Source: an uncultured bacterium (GTDB lineage: Bacteria; Hydrogenedentota; Hydrogenedentia; Hydrogenedentales; Hydrogenedentaceae). From it: a stretch of DNA of 64,000 nt. Made by a program: the position numbers and the translations under genes. The stretch lies in assembly GCA_938014335.1 (NCBI GenBank), contig CALLRP010000006.1, positions 14,226 through 78,225 of the forward strand, read 5' to 3'. Positions 28,315 to 36,893 of this stretch are shown in pieces. Each line of letters starts with the position of its first letter. Position 1 is the stretch's first letter. The notes under the pieces were generated by a model, which was not told where the DNA came from, ran no database searches, and was given only the letters and a program-made list of their open reading frames with translations.

Positions 28315-29292
28315 TTATTGCCATATCCCGTATATCTCCTTGTTACATTTGGGACATTTTCCATTTGAAATATTGTTTTGGAGAATGTTATATCCATATC
28401 TTTCAATCAATAAAATTTTACAGAATGGACAGTAAGTATTTGAACTTTCACGGTGTATAATATTGCCAATATATACGAATTGCAATCCCTCATTTTGTGC
28501 AATTTGGCGAGCTTTCAGAAGCGTCTCTAAAGGAGTAGGGAAGAGGTGGGTCATTTTATAACGGGGATAAAACTGGGAAAAATGGAGTGGAGTATCCTTC
28601 CCCAAATTTTTCGCTATCCATGCAGATAATTGTTGTAAGTCTTCATCTTTATCATTCAAGGTGGGAATGACTAAATTCGTGACTTCAAGTTCAACGCCTG
28701 CATTTTTAGTCAGTTCTAAAGTTTTTAAAACAGGTTTTAACGAGCCATCACATACGGTTCTGTAAAATTCCTCTGAAAAACCTTTTAGGTCTATATTAGC
28801 GGAGTGAACAAAAGGTAGCAACCTTTTGTAGGGTTCTTCATTAATATATCCTGCGGTAACAAGAACATTTTTTAGTCCTTTTCCCGCGGATATTTTACAA
28901 CACTCATAAGTATACTCATAATAAGCCAATGGTTCGGTGTAGGTATAAGCGATAGAATGGCTCTTGTACTGAATTGCTAATGCTGTAATCTTTTCAGGGG
29001 CTATAAATTCAGTTTCATATTGATAAGGCTCCGCCTGTGATATTTCCCAATTCTGGCAATTTTTGCAGTGGAGATTACAGCCCACAGTAGCGAGGGATAA
29101 AATAGGTGTTCCAGGCAAAAAATGATAAAGCGGTTTTTTTTCAACGGGGTCAATATGAATAGAACAAGGATAACCATAAGTTACTGCATATAATTTTCCA
29201 TCTATATTAACCCGAATACGACACTCCCCTTTTTGTCCGTTCTCCAGCACACAATAACGGGGACAAAGTTCACATTTGACTAATGTAGTCAT
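28315..29292 (-). CDS. AmmeMemoRadiSam system radical SAM enzyme (PflA-like activase family)
   Basis: 325 aa. N-terminal Cys knuckle (CELCPRYC), rSAM motif GCNLHCKNCQNWEIS and a C-terminal zinc-knuckle (CPFC...CPKC). It lies adjacent to Memo::AMMECR1 on the same strand. Confidence 0.9.
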   Translation of the reverse strand: MTTLVKCELCPRYCVLENGQKGECRIRVNIDGKLYAVTYGYPCSIHIDPVEKKPLYHFLPGTPILSLATVGCNLHCKNCQNWEISQAEPYQYETEFIAPEKITALAIQYKSHSIAYTYTEPLAYYEYTYECCKISAGKGLKNVLVTAGYINEEPYKRLLPFVHSANIDLKGFSEEFYRTVCDGSLKPVLKTLELTKNAGVELEVTNLVIPTLNDKDEDLQQLSAWIAKNLGKDTPLHFSQFYPRYKMTHLFPTPLETLLKARQIAQNEGLQFVYIGNIIHRESSNTYCPFCKILLIERYGYNILQNNISNGKCPKCNKEIYGIWQ

Positions 29293-29509
29293 TGGTATTC
29301 TACCATTGGTGTTTGTCTTTCAATAGTATTATAACGAGAAAAATACAAACAAAGGGAACTTTTTAATTAATTTTGGTGTTAATTAATGAAAATATAAAAA
29401 AATTAAAATATAAAACATTAAATATTAAAAATAATTTGATATATAAATAATTTTATGATAAAATTGTTTATAATTATTAAATAACGATACATTTATAAAG
29501 GGTTTATTG

Positions 29510-29980
29510 ATGAAAGATTACTCATCTGAAGCAAATGAAATTTTTAATACGATTCAGGTGATTCAACGCTGGATGCATGACCGTTTTCACTGCAATTTTG
29601 ATGAAGAGAGAAGGATGAAGATAGGACATGACCTCACAATGCCTCAATTTCATATGTTAGTCACAATTAAACAATTTGAGCCACTGAAATTGAAAGAATT
29701 AGCAGAATATCTTCATGTCTCTCCGCCTGCTGCAAGTTTAATGTTAGACCGCTTGGTTGAATTAGGTTTGGTAATTCGAGAACAATCTGCAGAAGACCGT
29801 CGAGAAATTCAGATACGACTAACTCCAGAGGCGAGTGAAACTTTAAAGTGGCATGAGAGGCAGATTTTATCGGGAATAAAAAAATTATTGCAAGGATTAG
29901 GAGATGAAACCGCCTCTCAATGGGTTGATGTGTACAAAAAGATAAGACAATATATAATTTCTGTTCAGAATAATAAATGA
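29510..29980 (+). CDS. MarR-family transcriptional regulator
   Basis: ATG at 29510. Winged-helix region LTMPQFHMLVTIKQFEPLKLKELAEYLHVSPPAASLMLDRLVELGLVIRE. It sits first in the efflux operon. Confidence 0.85.
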   Translation: MKDYSSEANEIFNTIQVIQRWMHDRFHCNFDEERRMKIGHDLTMPQFHMLVTIKQFEPLKLKELAEYLHVSPPAASLMLDRLVELGLVIREQSAEDRREIQIRLTPEASETLKWHERQILSGIKKLLQGLGDETASQWVDVYKKIRQYIISVQNNK

Positions 29981-29998
29981 ATTCAACGAGGAGGTTTT

Positions 29999-31348
29999 AT
30001 GAGTGATAATGAGATAAAGAGATATATAACAATTACAAAATTAGCATCTTTTTTTGTTGCTATTCTGGTTTTACTATCGGGAGTGATTCTTTTTATTTTC
30101 TTTTCATCGTTTCGAAAACCTCCAGCTCAAGCGGAACAAGAAGAAAGGCCTATACCTGTTGAAGTGATACAAGTCCAGCCCGAAGATATCCCGATTGTTT
30201 TAACTGGTTTTGGTGAAGTCCGAACATTGGCGACAGTCCCTATATCCTCAGAAATTTCAGGTCGTATAATTCGCATCCATCCAAGACTTGAGGCAGGGGA
30301 AGTGATTTCTGCGGGAGAAGTCCTTTTTGAAATTGACCCCAGCGATTATCAGGTGAAACTTCAATCTGCACAAGCAGGGTTAGAACAGGCAAAACATGTA
30401 TTAAAAAGGCTACAAGAACAATTTGCCTCTGACCAGGGAAGGCTTAAGACTTTAGAAAGGACAAAAGACCTTGCCTATTCAGAATTTCAACGAGTGAAAC
30501 AATTGTTTGAAAAAGAGAAGGTGGGAACACAATCTAATGTTGAACAAACAGAGCGAACATACAATCAAACATTAGATGCTTTTAATCAATTAGCCCAGTC
30601 AGTAGAATTATATCCGCTACGAATTAAAGAAGCAGAAGAATCTGTGAAGACAGCAGAAGCACAATTAGCACAAGCAGAAATTAATTTAACACGGACACAG
30701 GTAAAAGCACTTTTTCATGCGAGAATAAAATCGGTTAATTTGGAAGTAGGACAATATGTAAATCCCGGGATGGTCGTGATGACACTTTCCGATGATTCTA
30801 TTTTAGAAATATCCATTCCACTCGATGCTAAACAGGCAATACAATGGCTCCCATTTCAGAAAGATGATATGAATATTGATTCTGCATGGTTCCCTCCCTT
30901 AGAACCTAAAGAATGTGAAATTCTGTGGACTGAAGATAAAGAAAATCATAAGTGGAAGGGAGTACTTCATCGTATTGAAAGATATGACGAAAAAACAAGA
31001 ACAATCTATGCAGTTGTTCGAGTAGAAAAGGGAAATATTTATTCCCAGTCAGAAGACAAGATACCATTAGTTCAAGGTATGTTTTGTCAGGTAAAAATTC
31101 CAGGAAAAACACTAATAGGTATCTATCGTTTACCTGATACTGCAGTAAGTTTTGAAGGGACTGTTTATGTTGCAGAAGATAATCGTCTACGTTCCATTCA
31201 AGTAGAAAGGTTATATATTCAAGGTGATGAGGTTTTTGTTAGTGGGTTAAATCCAGGAACTATAGTTATTACGACACGGTTGATTAATCCAATGGGAAAT
31301 TCATTGTTGGAAATTAAAAAAAGGGGCGATAAGGAAACTGTTTTATGA
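29999..31348 (+). CDS. RND efflux periplasmic adaptor (HlyD/AcrA family)
   Basis: 449 aa. N-terminal TM anchor, an A/Q/E-rich coiled-coil hairpin (about 115-235) and beta-barrel segments. GAGGAGG lies upstream. ATGA overlap with the RND pump gene. Confidence 0.88.
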   Translation: MSDNEIKRYITITKLASFFVAILVLLSGVILFIFFSSFRKPPAQAEQEERPIPVEVIQVQPEDIPIVLTGFGEVRTLATVPISSEISGRIIRIHPRLEAGEVISAGEVLFEIDPSDYQVKLQSAQAGLEQAKHVLKRLQEQFASDQGRLKTLERTKDLAYSEFQRVKQLFEKEKVGTQSNVEQTERTYNQTLDAFNQLAQSVELYPLRIKEAEESVKTAEAQLAQAEINLTRTQVKALFHARIKSVNLEVGQYVNPGMVVMTLSDDSILEISIPLDAKQAIQWLPFQKDDMNIDSAWFPPLEPKECEILWTEDKENHKWKGVLHRIERYDEKTRTIYAVVRVEKGNIYSQSEDKIPLVQGMFCQVKIPGKTLIGIYRLPDTAVSFEGTVYVAEDNRLRSIQVERLYIQGDEVFVSGLNPGTIVITTRLINPMGNSLLEIKKRGDKETVL

Positions 31349-34300
31349 ATCAGTTTTTAGGATATTTCGTGGGAAACCGTGTTTTTGCGAATATATTAAC
31401 GGCTGTCATACTTATTGCGGGACTCATTTCGCTAATGTTAATGCGAAGAGAACTCTTCCCTGAGTTTTCGTTAGATATGATAACTGTCCAAGTATTCTAT
31501 CCTGGTACTGACCCTGAAGAAGTAGAAGAAGGGATATGCCGAAAGATTGAAGAGGCTTTAGATACTGTTGAAGGGATAAAACGCTATACGACAGTCGCTT
31601 CTGAAAACATGGGAATGGCAAGTATTGAGGTAATGGATGGTTATGATTTGAATAAAGTCTATGACAAAGTTCGCAACGCTATAGATTCCATTTCTACATT
31701 TCCTAAAGATGCAGAAAAACCGATAACAAATGAGGTAACTATCCGTCGAGAAGTTATTCAAGTGGCATTATCCGGAAATTTGCCTGATAGAACTTTGAAA
31801 GAATGGGCAGAACAGGTAAAAGATGAATTACAAGCATTACCTGAGATATCACAAGTGTTTATTTTTGGTGCAAAACAATATGAGATAGGTATAGAAATTT
31901 CTGAAGAAAGACTCCAGAAATTAGGGTTAACTTTTTCTCAAGTAGCATCAGCAGTTCGTTCCGGAAATTTAAACATTTCGGGTGGACTTATTCGTTCCAA
32001 AGGAGCTGAAATACGAGTTAGAACTATAGGTAGGAAATACTATGCAGATGAATTAGCAAAGATAGTAGTCCTTGCAAAACCCACAGGTGAAGTAATTACA
32101 TTAGATCAGGTAGCAGAAATACGCGATGATTTTAATGAAGACCCATTAGAAGCAGATTACAATGGTGAAAAATCAGTTCTAATTGCATGTTTTAAGACTC
32201 AGGAAGAAGACGATATTGCAATATCTGATGCAGTTCATAAGTATGTAAAAGCGAAACAAAAGCAGTTGCCACCGGGAGTGAAAATTTCTTTGTGGAACGA
32301 TAGAGCTCGACTAATCCGTGCACGATTAAATCTGCTTGAAGTTAATGGGATTCAAGGATTGATCATCGTTATTACACTCTTATTATTGTTGATGAATGCT
32401 CGTTTATCATTTTTCGTTACTTTAGGTATTCCTATATCTTTTGCAGGTGCCCTATGTATTTTATATCTTAACGGAAACACATTAAATATGATGTCGTTAT
32501 TTGGGTTGATTATGGTGTTGGGAATGTTGGTTGATGACGCTATTGTAGTGGGCGAAGCCATATATTACCATCGCCAACGCGGTTTACCCCCTATGAAGGC
32601 AGCTTTAGCAGGAGTTGAAGAAGTGGGTCTCCCTGTAATTGGTGCTGTTACTACAACTATTGCCGCATTTCTACCTTTAATGTTTGTCAGTGGGATAATG
32701 GGAAAATTTATTCGTATTCTACCTATTGTTGTTATTTCTGCTTTATCTGTTTCTTTATATGAATCTCTCTTCCTTCTACCCGCACATCTTAATGACCTCC
32801 CCGATTTATCTCATACTATTTCAAATTCAGATAATCGAAGACATCCTCTGAAAAAATTAAGATGGTTTTTTAGTGATTTCCTTGATTCCTTCATAAACAA
32901 AGTATACCTTCCGTTCTTAAATAATATGTTGAAACATAGATATATTTCGTTAAGTGCATTTATTGCTGTATTATTAACAGTCTTTGGACTTGTCCGTGGA
33001 CAGATTATTAAATTTGAGGTCTTCTCTGAAGTAGATGGGGATTATCTAATGGCACAGGTAGAATTCCCAGCGGGGACACCCTTTCATGTCACAAAAGAGG
33101 CAGTAAAGAAAATGGAAGAGGCACTTACAAGATTGACAGAAAAAACGACTACTATGAGTGGTGAACCTATGGTTCAAAATGTGTATAGCGTTGTTGGACA
33201 GAGTAGCAGTGGTTTTTCTGCTCAAGGAGGTAGTAATGTTGGTGAAATAAGAGTAGAATTATTACCCACAGAGCGGAGGGGAATTCATGCCAAAAAGATA
33301 AGTTCCATGTGGGCAAAAGAAACAGGCGAAATTCCAGGAGCATTAAGACAGAAATATGATATCAGTGGAGGAGGTCCCCGAGGAACAGGCATTGAACTTT
33401 GGTTGAGGAGTGAAAACCTCAACGATGTGGTTCAGGCAAGTCAAGAAATAAAGGAAAAACTTCGGACCTATGACGGCGTATACCAGATTGAAGATGATTA
33501 TAGACCTGCAAAGATTGAAGCACGGTTTTACTTAAAGCCCGAAGCTCAAACATTGGGGATTACTCTTGATTCTTTAGGTAGACAATTAGCAAGTGGTTTT
33601 TTCGGCGAAGAGGCAGTCCGAATTCAAAGAGGTAGAGATGATATTCGTATCCGAGTTCGTTATCCGCGTGAAGAACGTAGTTATCTTTCTATACTAAATC
33701 AAGTTCGTATTCGAACAAATCAGGGGTATGAAGTTCCTTTATTTGCAGTAGCAGATGTAGATTATTCCCCGGGTTTCGCATCTATAACCCGCGTAGATGG
33801 TATGAGAAGAGTAGTTGTAACCGCAGATATTGATTCCTCAAAAGCCAATTCACAGGAGATTATTGGAGATTTAACAAATACATTCTTGCCTTCTCTTCAA
33901 AAGAAATATCCGGGATTAATCTGGTCATTTGAAGGACCTCAACAGAGTAGTAGAGATGCTCTTAATTCATTAAAAGTGGGTTTCCCAATTGCACTATTAG
34001 TGATATTTTTAATCATATCATCCATTTTTCATTCCTATTCCCAACCTATATTGATTATGCTTACAATACCTTTTGGTGTAGTAGGAGCCTTAATAGGACA
34101 TTTAATCTTTGGTCAAATTGTAACGCTTATGAGTTTATTTGGTATTGTAGCACTTGCTGGGGTTGTTGTTAATGATGCCATTGTGTTTATAGATTGTTTC
34201 AATGCTAACCTCGGAGCGGGTAGTGATTTTATTTCTGCTATTATTCAAGCAGGGAAGAGAAGATTCCGTGCTATATTTTTAACTTCAACTACCACTTTTG

Positions 34301-34557
34301 GCGGTTTGATTGGGTTACTTTTTACACGTGATATGCAAGCACAGTTTTTAAAACCGATGGCTATTTCTTTAGCAATAGGCTTGATATTTTCCACAACAGT
34401 AACTCTATTATTTATACCCACCATTATTGGAGTATTAAATGATATTCGTAGAGTATTGTATATAATACGGAAACGAAGAATTCCCAAACCTGAAGAGGTA
34501 GAGCCTGTATTTGCAATGTTAGAACAAAAACGACAATTAGAAAACGGTTCTTTATAA
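31345..34557 (+). CDS. RND efflux transporter permease (AcrB/HAE family)
   Basis: 1070 aa. 12-TM architecture with two large periplasmic loops. Conserved proton-relay helices GLIMVLGMLVDDAIVVGEAI and GIVALAGVVVNDAIVFID. Confidence 0.93.
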   Translation: MNQFLGYFVGNRVFANILTAVILIAGLISLMLMRRELFPEFSLDMITVQVFYPGTDPEEVEEGICRKIEEALDTVEGIKRYTTVASENMGMASIEVMDGYDLNKVYDKVRNAIDSISTFPKDAEKPITNEVTIRREVIQVALSGNLPDRTLKEWAEQVKDELQALPEISQVFIFGAKQYEIGIEISEERLQKLGLTFSQVASAVRSGNLNISGGLIRSKGAEIRVRTIGRKYYADELAKIVVLAKPTGEVITLDQVAEIRDDFNEDPLEADYNGEKSVLIACFKTQEEDDIAISDAVHKYVKAKQKQLPPGVKISLWNDRARLIRARLNLLEVNGIQGLIIVITLLLLLMNARLSFFVTLGIPISFAGALCILYLNGNTLNMMSLFGLIMVLGMLVDDAIVVGEAIYYHRQRGLPPMKAALAGVEEVGLPVIGAVTTTIAAFLPLMFVSGIMGKFIRILPIVVISALSVSLYESLFLLPAHLNDLPDLSHTISNSDNRRHPLKKLRWFFSDFLDSFINKVYLPFLNNMLKHRYISLSAFIAVLLTVFGLVRGQIIKFEVFSEVDGDYLMAQVEFPAGTPFHVTKEAVKKMEEALTRLTEKTTTMSGEPMVQNVYSVVGQSSSGFSAQGGSNVGEIRVELLPTERRGIHAKKISSMWAKETGEIPGALRQKYDISGGGPRGTGIELWLRSENLNDVVQASQEIKEKLRTYDGVYQIEDDYRPAKIEARFYLKPEAQTLGITLDSLGRQLASGFFGEEAVRIQRGRDDIRIRVRYPREERSYLSILNQVRIRTNQGYEVPLFAVADVDYSPGFASITRVDGMRRVVVTADIDSSKANSQEIIGDLTNTFLPSLQKKYPGLIWSFEGPQQSSRDALNSLKVGFPIALLVIFLIISSIFHSYSQPILIMLTIPFGVVGALIGHLIFGQIVTLMSLFGIVALAGVVVNDAIVFIDCFNANLGAGSDFISAIIQAGKRRFRAIFLTSTTTFGGLIGLLFTRDMQAQFLKPMAISLAIGLIFSTTVTLLFIPTIIGVLNDIRRVLYIIRKRRIPKPEEVEPVFAMLEQKRQLENGSL

Positions 34558-34585
34558 CATATAGATTTTGGAGGAAAAGTGAAAA

Positions 34586-35185
34586 ATGTTTGAACCTTTT
34601 TTAATTCGATGGCGAAGTTTCTATCATGGATTGAAATTTGCTCAAAAAGGCAAAAAATGTCGTATCCAAGGTAAGCATTTTACAATCGAGGGACATGTAG
34701 AATGCGGGGATTATTGTAGATTCCGTGATTATATAATACTCCGTACACATAAAAATGGAAAAATTATAATGGGGACGCACTCTGTTTTAAGTTATTATAC
34801 AATTTTAGAATCTACTACATTAATCCAGATTGGAAGTAACACTGCTGTGGCAGAGTTTACGGTAATTCGTGACACACATCATGTGTTTTGGGGAACCAAA
34901 GAACATTTTGCCCTAACTCCACATATTGCGAAACCGATCATAATAGGAGATAATGTCCTTATTGGTAGTCGCTGTTATATCCATCCGGGTGTAGAAATTG
35001 GAGATGGTGCGATAATCGGTGTAGGAAGTGTTCTTACTGAAGATACAAAAGTAGGACCTTTGGAGATCTGGGCAGGAGTCCCTGCAAGAAAAGTAGGACA
35101 TCGATTAGAAAATGTCCCACCTAAAAAATTACAACAAACAGAGGAGTTAATAAAACAATATGGAATACGCAAATTCCGATATTAA
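34586..35185 (+). CDS. Hexapeptide-repeat (LbH) acetyl/acyltransferase embedded in the efflux operon
   Basis: 199 aa. Left-handed beta-helix repeats (IIIGDNVLIGSRCYIHPGVEIGDGAIIGVGSVLTEDTKVGPLEIWAGVPARKV). GGAGGA lies upstream. Confidence 0.8.
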   Translation: MFEPFLIRWRSFYHGLKFAQKGKKCRIQGKHFTIEGHVECGDYCRFRDYIILRTHKNGKIIMGTHSVLSYYTILESTTLIQIGSNTAVAEFTVIRDTHHVFWGTKEHFALTPHIAKPIIIGDNVLIGSRCYIHPGVEIGDGAIIGVGSVLTEDTKVGPLEIWAGVPARKVGHRLENVPPKKLQQTEELIKQYGIRKFRY

Positions 35186-36707
35186 ATATAATATTTGTAT
35201 TATGTGGGCTTTTGTAATATGCGGTTTGATAGTTTTCTCTGCTCATCCACAAGATAATGATTCAGATTCGTTTCCTTTAAAATTAGAAAATACAGAGTTT
35301 ACCCATCAACTCCCTGAATATTTAGATTTACAAACTGCGCAAAAAATAGCATTGGAACAAAATCCATCATTAAAGGCGGTAACAGAACGAATAGAACAAG
35401 CCCGACAGAGAGTAAAACAAGCATTAGCACAATACTATCCGCAAATTATTGCTAATTATACTGCTTCACATACAGAGCTATCCGATTCGGCTATTCGTCG
35501 TTCACAAAATGCGGTATGGCAGCAAAGTTCCAATGCGATTTCTCAGTCTGTATTTAGGGGAACGGGAGGAACAAGTACAGACATATTATCTTCTATTCCA
35601 TGGGAAAATGTTTTAAGTTCCTGGATTTCTGCCTACCAGGCAAGCAATAGTATTCCAGAATCTCAAAACAATTATGCTCTTAATTTTATCATTCGTTATA
35701 CCTTATTTGATGGTTTTGCCCGTAAATATTCTATTGCCCTCGTTAAATTGGGCGAACAAGCAACACAAGAATCCCGACAGGAAGCCATTCGGATGTTATT
35801 ATCTGCTGTTGCGAATAGTTTTTATGCAGTTCAGTTGGCGGAAGAGAATTTACGCATAGCAGAAGCGGATAAATCTTTCAACGAAAGATTGCTGTATGAG
35901 GCACGAGTAAAACAAGAATTAGGGGCAGGCTCATTAAGTGATGTATTAAACTTTGAAGTGCGGTTAAGAACTGCTGAATCGCTGATAATTAATGCTCGAC
36001 AAAATCGTGAAATTGCCCGTATCTCGTTAGCCGGAGTAATGGGATTAAATGCAGGAGTACTCCCTGATTATGTTAAATTAACACCCCTTCAAACAGAAGA
36101 AGAAGGTGATTTGCATGGTCCGGATGTTGATAATTTGTTAGCTTATGCTCTTCAGAATAGACCTGATTTGAGAATTTTAACTTTAGTTGTTCAGCAGTCC
36201 AAAGCACAGGTGGGACAAAGTCGTTCAACTCTATACCCAGAGGTAGGGGTATCTTTATCTCGTTCTGCAACAAGGACAATAGATAGTGAATTCAATGCAG
36301 ATGATTTTGCAACTACTGTGAGTGTAGATATCTCTTACCACCTTTTTTCAGGAGGTAGAAATCGAGCATTGCGAGCGGAGGCGAGAGCTAAACTTAGAGA
36401 AGCAGAACAAAACTATTATGAAGGAAGAATTAATGTAATAACAAATGTGCAAAGTGCTATTCAGGATTTGAAATCTGCTCAAGAACAATTAAGACTTCAA
36501 AGGGAAACCGCTGAATATGTAAAGAAAAACAGAGATTTGGTTGAGCAGGAATATAAAGCCGGTCAAACTTCTTTAGTTCGGTTGAATGAAGCTCAAAGGG
36601 ATTTGATTGAAGCGGAGGGAAGACTGGCTTCTGCACGCGTTGCTTTACTTCGTGCCTGGTATCAATTAAAGACCGTTACTGCACAGTCTCTTGAAGAAAT
36701 AAAATAA
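35160..36707 (+). CDS. TolC-family outer membrane efflux protein
   Basis: 515 aa. Signal-like N-terminus. Two tandem OEP repeats with long coiled-coil segments. The start may be the internal Met (IMWAF...). Confidence 0.88.
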   Translation: MEYANSDIKYNICIMWAFVICGLIVFSAHPQDNDSDSFPLKLENTEFTHQLPEYLDLQTAQKIALEQNPSLKAVTERIEQARQRVKQALAQYYPQIIANYTASHTELSDSAIRRSQNAVWQQSSNAISQSVFRGTGGTSTDILSSIPWENVLSSWISAYQASNSIPESQNNYALNFIIRYTLFDGFARKYSIALVKLGEQATQESRQEAIRMLLSAVANSFYAVQLAEENLRIAEADKSFNERLLYEARVKQELGAGSLSDVLNFEVRLRTAESLIINARQNREIARISLAGVMGLNAGVLPDYVKLTPLQTEEEGDLHGPDVDNLLAYALQNRPDLRILTLVVQQSKAQVGQSRSTLYPEVGVSLSRSATRTIDSEFNADDFATTVSVDISYHLFSGGRNRALRAEARAKLREAEQNYYEGRINVITNVQSAIQDLKSAQEQLRLQRETAEYVKKNRDLVEQEYKAGQTSLVRLNEAQRDLIEAEGRLASARVALLRAWYQLKTVTAQSLEEIK

Positions 36708-36893
36708 AAAATTATTTATTTCAGCTGTTTATTTCAGCTTTTTGAGGAGAGGATTTTAATACTTTTTATTTATTAACAGAGACAAAATTTTCTATTTTAT
36801 TTACACATCTTGTTTGAATTAAAATTCTGTATATGTCTAAGTGATAAATATTATATTTATAAATTACTTTTTAGTAAATAACATCTAATTGGA

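Noticed and set aside
28116-28406. 96-aa minus-strand ORF spanning the rSAM 3' end and the spacer
   Set aside because: It overlaps the conserved C-terminus of the rSAM enzyme in another frame and shows no motifs.
36715-36739. 12-nt direct repeat tttatttcagct x2 (13-nt period) after the TolC stop
   Set aside because: There are only two short copies. The embedded 5-bp stem (agctg/cagct) plus TTTT is marginal as a terminator. This is not enough evidence for a feature.
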